Shown one piece after another: positions 8,318 to 16,852 of a stretch of 38,334 nt of DNA; the stretch's first letter is position 1; the number at the start of each line of letters is the position of its first letter. The notes below the pieces were generated by a model. That model was not told where the DNA came from. It saw only the letters and a program-made list of their open reading frames with translations, and searched no databases. The translations under genes were made by a program, and so were the position numbers. The stretch spans positions 1 through 38,334 of the IMG/VR virus record IMGVR_UViG_3300012942_000085; one strand, given 5' to 3'. The stretch comes from a virus (Duplodnaviria > Caudoviricetes).

Positions 8318-9367
8318 CTAGCTATTTTCTGGCAGGCCCTTGGCCGCCTTCCCGCCGCCCACCTGCTGGTCGATGCCGATGGATCCGCCCACCTGCTGGT
8401 CGATGCCGATGGATCCGCCGGCCGCGCGGCCGGACCTGTAGGCGCTGGACGACCGCCGCGCCTCGTCCCTGCGCGACTTCTCGTATTGGCGGTCCCAGTA
8501 TTTGCGGGCCCATTCCGCGTCCTTGGCCGCCTGTCGCTCCTCGGCCTTCACGCGCTTGGCGCGCTCGGACGGCGTCTCGGCCGCCAGCCGCGCGTCATTT
8601 TCGGCGGCCGCCCTTGCGAGGCGCTCCTCGCGCCCGGCGTCCCAAACCTTCATGTCCTCCGCGTATTTGGCGTCGCGCGCCAGCTTGCGCGCCCACGACC
8701 CGGCCCCGTGCTCGGCGTCGTAGTTTCCGGCCTCCTCGGCCTCGGCCATCGACCGCATGGCGAGCGCGGTGGAGTAGCCGGCCTCGCCTTGCGAGGCGTA
8801 GTCCGGCGTGCGCATGGCCTCGGCCCTAGCCGCGATCCGCTCGGCAAGCCGCTCCACGCACCCGTCGCACCACGCCAGCGCGTCGGCGGACAGCCACGAC
8901 GACTTGTCGTACGGCAGCAGGCGCATCACCGTGGCGTAGAGGTAGTCGCCCATCATCAAGACGACCGTCGTGTTCTCGACCCGCCCGAGCACCTTGTGGC
9001 GCTTCACCCATCGGACGCGGCCGGTGCTAGCCGACTCGACGCGGACGTCCGCGGTCCAATACTTGCAATAGTTGGCCTCGGCCACGGCGCGGTACAAGCC
9101 GCGCGTCCATGCGTACGTCGCATTGCGCTTGGCCTCCCGCTTCTCGCGGGCAGCCTCCGCCTTGGCGGCGTTCGTCCCGCCGGCCACCACCGCGTCCTGC
9201 ACGGTGGCGAGGTCGAGGTTGTACTTGGCGAGGATGTCCTGCGCCTTGGCCATCGCGGCGGAGGCCTCGGCCTCGTTGCCAGCGGCGCGCTCGGCGAGGT
9301 TCAGCAGCAGTTGGATCTTGCGGACGACGTCGTCGGTGGGGGGACCGGCCTGGTTTCTGTCGGTCAT
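8318..9367 (-). CDS. DUF2786-domain protein
   Basis: KIQLLLNLA…NEAEA.AA..KAQ.IL.KYNL N-terminal signature. Confidence 0.75.
   Translation of the reverse strand: MTDRNQAGPPTDDVVRKIQLLLNLAERAAGNEAEASAAMAKAQDILAKYNLDLATVQDAVVAGGTNAAKAEAAREKREAKRNATYAWTRGLYRAVAEANYCKYWTADVRVESASTGRVRWVKRHKVLGRVENTTVVLMMGDYLYATVMRLLPYDKSSWLSADALAWCDGCVERLAERIAARAEAMRTPDYASQGEAGYSTALAMRSMAEAEEAGNYDAEHGAGSWARKLARDAKYAEDMKVWDAGREERLARAAAENDARLAAETPSERAKRVKAEERQAAKDAEWARKYWDRQYEKSRRDEARRSSSAYRSGRAAGGSIGIDQQVGGSIGIDQQVGGGKAAKGLPENS
8355..8419. repeat. 30-bp perfect tandem duplication (GGSIGIDQQV x2)
   Basis: ccgcccacctgctggtcgatgccgatggat twice. Confidence 0.95.
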
Positions 9368-9639
9368 CGCGACACCTCCGTGGGGTTACGCTCGCGCCAC
9401 TCTGTCACCGTGACGCCGTTACCGAGTGACGGAAAATAGCCTAGGTCATAGTCGACGTGGCTGCCATGGGCTATGTTGCGCAGCCTGTTCAGCGTGACGC
9501 GCGCCTCGTTGATGGCCGACTTTTGGTGCGCGCCCTTGATGGTGGCGTCGTCGAACTGGCGCAAGTACAGCTCCAAGGCTATCTCCAGCACCGTGCGTTC
9601 CGGACTGTCATGCGTGATGGTGAGGTGGTCTACCTTCAT
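9364..9639 (-). CDS. Hypothetical early protein
   Basis: First gene after promoter copy 4. Confidence 0.65.
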   Translation of the reverse strand: MKVDHLTITHDSPERTVLEIALELYLRQFDDATIKGAHQKSAINEARVTLNRLRNIAHGSHVDYDLGYFPSLGNGVTVTEWRERNPTEVSR

Positions 9640-9646
9640 GTCTTCG

Positions 9647-9713
9647 CGGCCCCTTCGATCCGCTAGAAACATTCTACCGCTGATACTATAGTTTCAAACA
9701 TTTATTTTCTAGC
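9647..9713 (-). promoter_or_regulatory. Repeated early promoter and leader, copy 4
   Basis: CTAGAAAATAAAT-GTTTGA(9699)-N17-TAGAAT(9671). Confidence 0.8.
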
Positions 9714-9720
9714 AAATTTT

Positions 9721-9769
9721 GGCCCCGCCGGCTGCCTGTCTACCAGGCAACCGGCGGGGCCTTTATTTT
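9721..9769. terminator. Strong hairpin, terminator-like
   Basis: ggccccgccgg-c-tgcctg/caggca-a-ccggcggggcc; T-run follows on the + strand. Confidence 0.65.
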
Positions 9770-9790
9770 CTAGTGTTTAGGCGCCGTCTC

Positions 9791-10036
9791 TCACCAAAAG
9801 AAGCGGTGCGGCCCGCGATCGACCAAGTCTGGCGGCGCCACGATGGCCGCGGGCGCGCCCTTGACGAGGCGCGCCTGCCTCAAATCCTTTGCGCGCCGCC
9901 GCGCCAGCACTTGGCGCGACGAATCCGGCCGGTGGCCGCCCTTCCAGCAAAGCGCCTCGCGCACCGCCTCCAATACGATCCGGTTCAGCGGCCAGCGCCT
10001 GAACTCGCGGTCGCACGGGTGCCTATGCCGCGCCAA
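9791..10036 (-). CDS. Arg-rich hypothetical protein
   Basis: Overlap-coupled ORF. Confidence 0.45.
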   Translation of the reverse strand: MARHRHPCDREFRRWPLNRIVLEAVREALCWKGGHRPDSSRQVLARRRAKDLRQARLVKGAPAAIVAPPDLVDRGPHRFFW

Positions 10037-10211
10037 GACGGCTGCCCCTGCCGGCGCCTAGCCCGACGCCGTAGATCTTGTGGCAGGCGGCGCACATGTC
10101 GGCCCATGGGCCCATGCGCGTCTTGCCGTCGACCTCCGCGTCCCTCGCCCCGCACAGCTGGCACTTGCGGACCGCCGACGGCCGCGGCGGTCCGTCACTA
10201 GGCCTCGTCAT
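10023..10211 (-). CDS. Small zinc-finger protein (CxxC…DGKT..GPWA.MCxxC…GVGLG)
   Basis: Two CxxC motifs. Confidence 0.7.
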   Translation of the reverse strand: MTRPSDGPPRPSAVRKCQLCGARDAEVDGKTRMGPWADMCAACHKIYGVGLGAGRGSRLGAA

Positions 10212-10368
10212 CGTCGTCCCCTTCCTCGTCGGCGTCGCCGTCCTCGTCGCACGCGGCCTCCAAGGCGTCGTAGTCGATGGGGTGCGCCGCCAGTCGCGCC
10301 TCGCGGCGCCGCTCCCAGTAGTCAAGCTCTTCTTGAGCGACGACGGGTTGCGGCCAAGGCGCGTTCAC
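10198..10368 (-). CDS. Very acidic 56-aa protein
   Basis: GTG start with GGAGG; tail DEDGDADEEGDDDDEA. Confidence 0.6.
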   Translation of the reverse strand: MNAPWPQPVVAQEELDYWERRREARLAAHPIDYDALEAACDEDGDADEEGDDDDEA

Positions 10369-10499
10369 GCCCGCCTCCCGAGGAGGCAGTATTGGCGCCC
10401 GTCGGCGTCGGCCGCGTTGAGGGCGCGCATGTGGTCCAGCGCCGCGATGGTCTCGGTCGGTTCCAGGAAAGACTTCAGTTTCCTCATCAGTGTTTTCAT
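10365..10499 (-). CDS. 44-aa hypothetical protein (MKTLMRKLK…)
   Basis: GGTATAAT -10 at 10530-10537 and GAAGGGG leader. Confidence 0.55.
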   Translation of the reverse strand: MKTLMRKLKSFLEPTETIAALDHMRALNAADADGRQYCLLGRRA

Positions 10500-10530
10500 T
10501 TCGGGCGGCCCCTTCGTTCCGCTGAAACAA

Positions 10531-10704
10531 TTATACCTCGGAATGTAGCTTGACGATGAGAAGCCTGTACCGTTTCAAAAGGCGGCCAATGTCTTTCTTG
10601 CCAATATCATCCACCATGCCCAGCAAACCGACCTCGCGCTCTATCAGAAGCCGCAGGCCGGCGATCAGCATCGTGATCTCTTGTTCTGAATAAGTTCGTT
10701 CCAT
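10531..10704 (-). CDS. 57-aa hypothetical protein (MERTYSEQE…)
   Basis: GGAGGG RBS. Confidence 0.55.
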   Translation of the reverse strand: MERTYSEQEITMLIAGLRLLIEREVGLLGMVDDIGKKDIGRLLKRYRLLIVKLHSEV

Positions 10705-10719
10705 ACTGGCCCCTCCCCA

Positions 10720-10956
10720 TCAAATGTCTTTCCAATGCTCTTTACATTCTTGTTCAATAGTCTGCGCGCACCGCTTTAGTTCTCTGGCAAATGTCTCTTG
10801 GTCTTTTTGCTGCGGAGAACCAAGCTCTTCGCTGTTGGCTACGTTCCAAAGCGCAGTCTCAGCTAGCAGCAACAAGTGGTCCCGCAACTGCGCTGGCGTC
10901 AGCCGCACGACGACTTCCGTGCCGCAAGATAATTGGGCAAATCGTCTGTTCTTCAC
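10720..10956 (-). CDS. Hypothetical protein
   Basis: GTGA-coupled start. Confidence 0.55.
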   Translation of the reverse strand: MKNRRFAQLSCGTEVVVRLTPAQLRDHLLLLAETALWNVANSEELGSPQQKDQETFARELKRCAQTIEQECKEHWKDI

Positions 10957-11444
10957 GCCGCCATCCTTCCCGCGCACTCGGGGCCCAGCCCCGCCGCGAT
11001 CGACTCCGGCACGGTGAGCTTGCGCCCGCACCGCCCGCACCGCCCCTCGTGCCACACCTCCAGCGACGACCCGAGCACGTCGCGCCTGCCGTTCATCTGG
11101 TCGATGAACCAGACCAGCGCCTTGTACGCCGCGCACGCGCGCCCCACCTTGCCCGACTTCTCCGTCCAAAAGTAGCGCGCCGGACTTCGCCGCAGCACCC
11201 CCATGTAGGCGAAGTCGGCGGTGTTGTCCGGCCCGCGCAGCAGGTTTACGAAGTAGACGACTTCCGATGCGCGCATGCCCGAGCCGCCCTCGAACGCGTC
11301 TCTGTCCCGTTCCAACTTTTCCTTGTCCTCCTTCTTCACGCGCACGAGGTACGTGAACCGCACTCCGGTCTTCAGGCTAACCAGCGTTAATGTGGCGGCG
11401 CCAGCGAATATGAACTCCTCAACTGCGTCCCAGGTCGAGAGCAA
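10953..11444 (-). CDS. DUF6011-like zinc-finger protein
   Basis: FIFAG.A..T..S..TG.RFTY…CGRCGRKLTVPESI..G.GPEC; start uncertain. Confidence 0.75.
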   Translation of the reverse strand: MLSTWDAVEEFIFAGAATLTLVSLKTGVRFTYLVRVKKEDKEKLERDRDAFEGGSGMRASEVVYFVNLLRGPDNTADFAYMGVLRRSPARYFWTEKSGKVGRACAAYKALVWFIDQMNGRRDVLGSSLEVWHEGRCGRCGRKLTVPESIAAGLGPECAGRMAA

Positions 11445-11454
11445 GCCAGGTGTC

Positions 11455-11727
11455 TTACTTCCTTTCGTATGGCTGGTGGCAGACGAGACAGTCGTCATGA
11501 GCTGGGTCCTCCATGTCATCGTAGATGCAAGTGCCGTACTTTCCCGTGCATATGCCGATAGCAAGCTCTAGGTTGTAAATATCTTGCGGCAAGTTCAGGT
11601 CAACGGCAACTTTAATCTTCAAGTCTCTGAAGACTGTCTCTTCCAACGCTGCGGCTTCGCCGCGCAACTTTCTTGCTTTGTCCAGGATGACCTGCAAGGC
11701 AGGCTCTAACGACGTGTACTCTATCAT
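11455..11727 (-). CDS. Hypothetical protein with C-terminal Cys cluster
   Basis: C..G.C.YD…D.CLVCHQP.ERK. Confidence 0.65.
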   Translation of the reverse strand: MIEYTSLEPALQVILDKARKLRGEAAALEETVFRDLKIKVAVDLNLPQDIYNLELAIGICTGKYGTCIYDDMEDPAHDDCLVCHQPYERK

Positions 11728-11945
11728 TTCGCCGCCTCCTTCTTGCTGACCTGCACGGCGGCGTAGGCCTCGCGCCGCATGGACTTCAGGCCGCGCACGG
11801 TGACGCCGTACTCGCACGCGCATTTCTGCGCGTCGGCGGCGTGGTCCTCGCCGGTGATGGAGCCGTGCATGGACTCGGCGTGCCCGATGGCGGCGTTCAA
11901 GACGGAGACGCGCTGGCGCGGGGTGAGCGGCGGCTTGCGCTTCAT
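11724..11945 (-). CDS. Hypothetical protein
   Basis: ATGA-coupled. Confidence 0.6.
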   Translation of the reverse strand: MKRKPPLTPRQRVSVLNAAIGHAESMHGSITGEDHAADAQKCACEYGVTVRGLKSMRREAYAAVQVSKKEAAK

Positions 11946-12136
11946 AGCAAGTCCTGCTCGCTGCCAGATGTGGCGTACAGCTCGGCTATCAGGTCCCTAT
12001 TCGCCGCCTCCAACGCGATGGCGGCGAATAGAAATTCCGACAAACTAATGCAGCCCTCCGTGAATTGCCAACAAAATGATTTAGCCTGCCGTGCAACTTT
12101 CTTCGCTGTTTCTTGCTTTTCTTGATTTAGAGGCAT
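11942..12136 (-). CDS. Hypothetical protein
   Basis: Overlap-coupled. Confidence 0.5.
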   Translation of the reverse strand: MPLNQEKQETAKKVARQAKSFCWQFTEGCISLSEFLFAAIALEAANRDLIAELYATSGSEQDLL

Positions 12137-12282
12137 TTCGCCGCCTTCCGCGCGTCGGCGCGCCGCTGCTCCACGGCCATCCCGGCCTTGGTCAGCGCCA
12201 AGGTGTCCCACGTGCCGAACACCTTGCCGTCCACGATGCAGTAAAATCCGTCCCTCAACGCGAATGCTTGATCTTTCACCAT
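12127..12282 (-). CDS. 51-aa hypothetical protein (MVKDQAFALRDGFYC…)
   Basis: GAAGGGG leader and upstream TATAAT. Confidence 0.55.
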   Translation of the reverse strand: MVKDQAFALRDGFYCIVDGKVFGTWDTLALTKAGMAVEQRRADARKAAKCL

Positions 12283-12312
12283 AATCTGGCGACCCCTTCG
12301 GCGCCTAGATGA

Positions 12313-13023
12313 TTATAGCGCGGCCGATCCGCTTTTGTCTGCTTCTAGGTAATTTGCTAAATTTCTCAGCACTTTTGATGAATCAGACGCAAGACCCAAT
12401 ACCACATTGCATTGATGGCAAAGCCAGCCACGAAAAGAATTTGACTTATGACAGTGATCAAAGCAAATGCGTCTGCCAGTTTTATGACACACACCGCATA
12501 CTTTCGGTTTATTGCCGCCGGATATACGGTCACGCAGATCCAAATAATCCGCCAGCTTGCGCAGCAGTTTTGGTGAGTCTCCTACGTGGCCTAATATAGT
12601 ATTGCATTGAAGACATAGCCATCCACGAAATTTGCCGGATGTATGACAATGATCAAAGCAAATACGTCGACCATTTCTTCGACACACCTTGCATCGTTTC
12701 TGTCTCTTACACCCGGCGGCTTTCTCTCGACTGGCCCTGTGATATGCAGTAGAACTGAGTGGAGCTACGTAGGCCGTATTTGCCGCCCTCCATTTCGCCG
12801 TCGCTGCCGTGGCAACTTCTTTGGATTTTTCTGGGTGAGCTTTCTTCCACTTTATTGTTGCCGCAACATCATACCCTGGGTGTGCCATGCGCCAAGCTTT
12901 TTTGTAGCTTGCATCCTGCTTTTTCAATCTGTCAGGATGCTCTGCTCTATATTTTCTTGAAGCCGCGGCGGCGTAGCCAGGATGCGCCGCAAACCAAGTT
13001 TTCGTATACACGGCATTTGTCAT
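12313..13023 (-). CDS. Homing endonuclease with two tandem EndoVII domains
   Basis: CxxC…ICFDHCH…FRGWLCxxCN twice; N-terminal W…HP repeats; AT-rich. Confidence 0.85.
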   Translation of the reverse strand: MTNAVYTKTWFAAHPGYAAAASRKYRAEHPDRLKKQDASYKKAWRMAHPGYDVAATIKWKKAHPEKSKEVATAATAKWRAANTAYVAPLSSTAYHRASREKAAGCKRQKRCKVCRRNGRRICFDHCHTSGKFRGWLCLQCNTILGHVGDSPKLLRKLADYLDLRDRISGGNKPKVCGVCHKTGRRICFDHCHKSNSFRGWLCHQCNVVLGLASDSSKVLRNLANYLEADKSGSAAL

Positions 13024-13031
13024 GGTTAGCT

Positions 13032-14504
13032 CTACCTGCCGCGTTCCTCTGAATACCGTTTCATCGCGTCAAGAAATGCCTTTTGGCCGGTGTACTTGGC
13101 GCGCAGATTCCGCATTTTTGGCACATCGACGGTGTCGCGCGCCACGAAATGGTGCTTCATGACGAATGCCGCTTTATTCCCTTGCCTAGCAACCCTTTGA
13201 TAGAACTGATCGTAGGTATCGTAGTTATCGTCTATATTAAAAAAAGCCACATTCTGCGCGTTGAACTTCTGCAGGTTCAACCCGTGGCCCATTGATGCGG
13301 GGTGGCCGAGCAGCACCGGGATGAGCCCCCTGTTCCACCGGTCGATGTAGTCCGCGGCCTGCCCGCGGGTGGTGTCGCCGTTGATGCACGGGACATCGTA
13401 CCCCAGCCCCTTGCGTATGGCCGCGACGTCGTGGTGGTAGCCGATGCCGACCAGGATCGGGTCGCCCTGCAGCTCGGACACCAGGTCGGCCAGCGCCTCC
13501 ACCTTCGCCGCGTGCAGCTCCTTGAACGGACGGTTGGTCGACCGGATCCGCTCCTCTGGGTCGGAGTCGAGGTAGACGGAGCCGTTGGCGATCTGGCAGC
13601 ACTTGGAGCGGGCCGACGCCGACGAGGTGAACGGCGCGGTGAACAGCGTGCTCATGAGGCTGCCCTCGATCGCGTCGTACTCCTTGCGCGCGGCCGGCGG
13701 CAGCTCCACCAGGTGGGTGCGCTCCATCTCCTTCGGCAGCTTGAGGTAGTCCCTGGCGTCGAGCCGCATCACCATCGGCGCCACGAGCGCGTCGATCCTC
13801 TCGGCCGACCCCGGCAGGATCTCCCACTCCCGCATCTGGAACCCCGTCGGGAAGAAGAACTGGTTCCTGTAGTGCGACAGGTACTCGCCGAGCGCCGCGC
13901 CGAGGTCCATGATGAACACCTGCCCGTGCAGGTCGAGGTAGTTGCGCGGGCGCGGGCTGCCGGTGAGGATGTGGCGGCGCCCGAACCCCCTCAGGTGCTT
14001 GCGCAGCGCGCGGAACCGCACGGTGACGGAGCTCTTCCAAAGGGACGACTCGTCGATAACGAGCATGTCGGCGCCGAGCGCCCTCACGCGCGCCTTGCTG
14101 GCCGTCAGCCATGGCACGCCCTCGGGGTTGATGACGCACACGTTGTGCTCCGGCCGCAGCGCGCGCAGCACGGCGTCCTTGCCCGGCCCGTGGAGCAGCG
14201 CCACCCGCATGTCCTTGAAGTCCGTCCAGTCGCACACCTCGGCCGGCCACACGTCGTAGCAGGCGCGCAGCGGCGCCACGACGAGCAGGCGCTTGACCAG
14301 CCGCTTCTTCAGCAGCACCTTGAGCGTCCCGAGCGTGACGCTCGTCTTGCCCATCCCCGGCGGCAGCAGCAGCCCCGACTGCGGGTTCTCCAGGACGAAG
14401 CGCATGGCGCGGCCCTGGTACTCGTGCGGCTTCCACGGCTTGGACGCGGCGCGCCACTCGGCCATCTTCGCCGCCAGGCCCTTCGGCACCAGATCATGAG
14501 GCAT
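13032..14504 (-). CDS. SNF2-family DNA helicase
   Basis: PHEYQ, GMGKT, IDESS, LTGSP, GHGLNLQ, Q…RV.RQG. Confidence 0.9.
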   Translation of the reverse strand: MPHDLVPKGLAAKMAEWRAASKPWKPHEYQGRAMRFVLENPQSGLLLPPGMGKTSVTLGTLKVLLKKRLVKRLLVVAPLRACYDVWPAEVCDWTDFKDMRVALLHGPGKDAVLRALRPEHNVCVINPEGVPWLTASKARVRALGADMLVIDESSLWKSSVTVRFRALRKHLRGFGRRHILTGSPRPRNYLDLHGQVFIMDLGAALGEYLSHYRNQFFFPTGFQMREWEILPGSAERIDALVAPMVMRLDARDYLKLPKEMERTHLVELPPAARKEYDAIEGSLMSTLFTAPFTSSASARSKCCQIANGSVYLDSDPEERIRSTNRPFKELHAAKVEALADLVSELQGDPILVGIGYHHDVAAIRKGLGYDVPCINGDTTRGQAADYIDRWNRGLIPVLLGHPASMGHGLNLQKFNAQNVAFFNIDDNYDTYDQFYQRVARQGNKAAFVMKHHFVARDTVDVPKMRNLRAKYTGQKAFLDAMKRYSEERGR

Positions 14505-14862
14505 CGTCCACCTTCTCCCACAGGGTCGCGTTGGCGGCGGTTACCTTGACGCCGTTGGACGGCGTGCAGTCTAGCTCCGCCGCGCCGCCTTCGACGGCGA
14601 CGACGGTCCTGACCGGCGCCACGACGAGCAGCCGCCGCGCCAGCCGCTTCTTCGACAGCACCTTGAACGCGCCGAGCGCGGTGCTCGTCTTGCCCATGCC
14701 GGGCGGCAGCAGCAGCCCCGATTGCGGGTTCTCCAGCATGAACCGCATGGCGCGGCCCTGGTAGTCGTGCGGGGTCCATGGCCGCGCCGCCGCGCGCCAC
14801 TCCGCCATCTTGGCGGCGAGCGCCTTCGGCACCAGGTCCGCCGCGTCGTTTTTTCTAGGCAT
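14494..14862 (-). CDS. Truncated paralogue of the helicase N-terminus fused to a 'VT…WEK' tail
   Basis: About 75 residues closely match the helicase N-terminus through LVVAP. Confidence 0.8.
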   Translation of the reverse strand: MPRKNDAADLVPKALAAKMAEWRAAARPWTPHDYQGRAMRFMLENPQSGLLLPPGMGKTSTALGAFKVLSKKRLARRLLVVAPVRTVVAVEGGAAELDCTPSNGVKVTAANATLWEKVDDAS

Positions 14863-15094
14863 CGGTCTTCTCCCACAAGCGCGCCGTCGAGGCCGTCACC
14901 GTCGCGGCCTCGCGCGCCTTCTCCCAGTTCCCGGCCGTCGCGGCCGTCACCGTCGCGGCCTCGCGGCGCCTGCCGACGGCGCGCTCCAGCCACAGGTCGC
15001 CGCTGGCCGTGTGGAACCCGGCCACCGTCCACGGCGTCCCGTCGCCCTTCTTGTACAACTCGTCGCCCACCTTGCAGTCAAGCAGCCCCGTCAC
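14855..15094 (-). CDS. Hypothetical protein with a 17-aa internal repeat (REAATVTA…WEK x2)
   Basis: 51-bp-period repeat at ~14867-14965. Confidence 0.65.
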   Translation of the reverse strand: MTGLLDCKVGDELYKKGDGTPWTVAGFHTASGDLWLERAVGRRREAATVTAATAGNWEKAREAATVTASTARLWEKTDA

Positions 15095-15390
15095 TTCCCC
15101 GTCCTCGCCCATCTCCCCATGTCCTCCATGAATTTCTCCCAAGTGTCCCACCTGCGCGCCTCGTAGCCGTCGGCCGCCAGCTTGGCCAGGTACCACGGCT
15201 GCGTCGCGGCGCGGGTCCCGCGCGACCCGGCGCCCTCGGCCTTGAACTCCCCGACCACCGGCCTGCCACCCGGGACGAAGAACACCCTGTCGGGTATCCC
15301 GTCGCATCCGCCCAGCTTGGCCGTGACGATGTCGTGGAAGCGCGCCCATTTGACGGCCCGCGCCTCCAGCGGCGACTCGCGCCTACCCAC
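15091..15390 (-). CDS. VRR-NUC domain nuclease
   Basis: E..LE…GIPDR…EFK…Q. Confidence 0.8.
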   Translation of the reverse strand: MGRRESPLEARAVKWARFHDIVTAKLGGCDGIPDRVFFVPGGRPVVGEFKAEGAGSRGTRAATQPWYLAKLAADGYEARRWDTWEKFMEDMGRWARTGK

Positions 15391-15946
15391 GCAGTTCTGC
15401 CTTGCGTATTGGTGCGAATTTTCCGTAGTACAATTTTTCAGCGGTGCGACGTGCTTTTACGGCCTTGTCAAAGTCGTTCTTGGCGAAATAGCCAAGACTA
15501 ATTCGCCTACCATCAACACGTATCAATACTTGCCATTTATTAAAGCGTGTTGCCCATGACACTCCAGTGACTCCACTTGTATTGTCCCTACTAGGCTTTG
15601 GTTTGTTGTGGCGGTTTTGGCTATGAGTGGCCGGCCGCAAATTTGTCCACTTGTTGTTCCAGCCATCGCCGTCTTTATGGTCTATTAGATTTAATGGCCA
15701 ACTGCCAGTCATGAAGAGGTGGGCCAATCTATGCGCGTAGTAAAGCCTGCCGCCAAAGCCTATTACAACAAGCTTATTTCCGTCTTTTCTTTTGGCGCAG
15801 TGCCCGGCTACGGCGCCTTTTTTGTTTCTACCGCCGTTTATACGCCATATGAAAAGGCCCTTGCGGGGCAGGTAGTTTAATGCCGCACGAAGCTTTTCTA
15901 ATATGATAGGCGTCGATTCCAAAGATTTTATTGATTTTCTTGGCAC
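15383..15946 (-). CDS. HNH homing endonuclease with AP2-like C-terminus
   Basis: YAHRLA…IDHKDGD..NN.W.NLR.AT..QN; NTSG.TGV; AT-rich. Confidence 0.9.
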   Translation of the reverse strand: MPRKSIKSLESTPIILEKLRAALNYLPRKGLFIWRINGGRNKKGAVAGHCAKRKDGNKLVVIGFGGRLYYAHRLAHLFMTGSWPLNLIDHKDGDGWNNKWTNLRPATHSQNRHNKPKPSRDNTSGVTGVSWATRFNKWQVLIRVDGRRISLGYFAKNDFDKAVKARRTAEKLYYGKFAPIRKAELRG

Positions 15947-16683
15947 GGTCCTCCATTGGACTTCCTAAAGCGGCACCATTTGCAGTGGAAGCCAGGTTTC
16001 GCGGGGTAGCGGGTGTCCGACATCATGGTCTCGATGCGCCTGGCCCACTCGCGCTTGAGCGGCTTGAGGTCCTTCATGGCGTACTCCTCCGTCGCCTCGA
16101 ACCCGGTGTCGGTGTAGACGTGCTCCGCCACCAGCCTGACGCCCTTGTCGCCGCCGGCCACGAGCCCCAGCTCGACCAGCTGCAGCCCGCCGAGCGCGTA
16201 CAGGCTCCGCTGCTGCTTATGGTCGTCGTACACCTTGCCCGTCTTCCAGTCTGTGATCTGCACCAGGCCCGGCGACTCCGCGCAGACGTCGACCTTGATG
16301 CGCAGCCACGCGTCCTGGCCGAACCAGGACGTCGGCAAGTACTGCCGCGTGAACGCCCACTCGAGTTCTGCCTTGGCCTTCAGCTTGCGGAAGGCGTCGA
16401 GCTTGCCCTTGACCGGTTTCAGCTCCGGGATGAGCGCCGCCGCGCGGCCGGCCCCGGCGATGTGCGCCTCGGCCGCCTTGTGCACCCTGGTGCCCTTCTC
16501 GAAGTGCGGGTTGGGCGGCTCCGGGATGCGGATCCGCTTCACCTTGTCGAAGCACACGGCCAGCGGGCACTTGACGTACGCGGTGTACACGCTGTAGCTC
16601 CACGACGCCAGGTTGGCCAGCTTGGGCGTCGGTTGGATCGGCCGTCTAGTCGGCGGCGTTGTCTTCTTGCTCGGTGTGGTCAT
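15928..16683 (-). CDS. PD-(D/E)XK exonuclease (Cas4/RecB-like)
   Basis: WSYS…CP, G.RVH, KVD…DWKTG, Q..LY, CKWC…C. Confidence 0.85.
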   Translation of the reverse strand: MTTPSKKTTPPTRRPIQPTPKLANLASWSYSVYTAYVKCPLAVCFDKVKRIRIPEPPNPHFEKGTRVHKAAEAHIAGAGRAAALIPELKPVKGKLDAFRKLKAKAELEWAFTRQYLPTSWFGQDAWLRIKVDVCAESPGLVQITDWKTGKVYDDHKQQRSLYALGGLQLVELGLVAGGDKGVRLVAEHVYTDTGFEATEEYAMKDLKPLKREWARRIETMMSDTRYPAKPGFHCKWCRFRKSNGGPCQENQ

Positions 16684-16852
16684 CGTGTCTTACGGCCTCT
16701 CTCGCTTCGTTGTGGCAGCCGCAGCCGCAGTTGATCTTTTGGCCGTGGTTCATGTTGACGAACCCCCGGCATCCGGCGTGCTTGCCCTCCCAGCATTTCC
16801 AGCTCTGGCCGCGCGGCTTCGGCCTCCTCGGCGCGTCAGGCACCTTGCGCAT
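16646..16852 (-). CDS. Small Cys/His protein
   Basis: C..G.H..C…CGCGCH. Confidence 0.55.
   Translation of the reverse strand: MRKVPDAPRRPKPRGQSWKCWEGKHAGCRGFVNMNHGQKINCGCGCHNEAREAVRHDDHTEQEDNAAD

Noticed and set aside
8355-8419. 30-bp tandem repeat as a functional element
   Set aside because: Simple in-frame duplication at a low-complexity C-terminus
7060-9713. CRISPR array or attachment sites from the repeated motifs
   Set aside because: Copies are separated by whole genes and have -35/-10/RBS structure; no integrase or cas operon. The Cas4-like gene is a typical phage exonuclease
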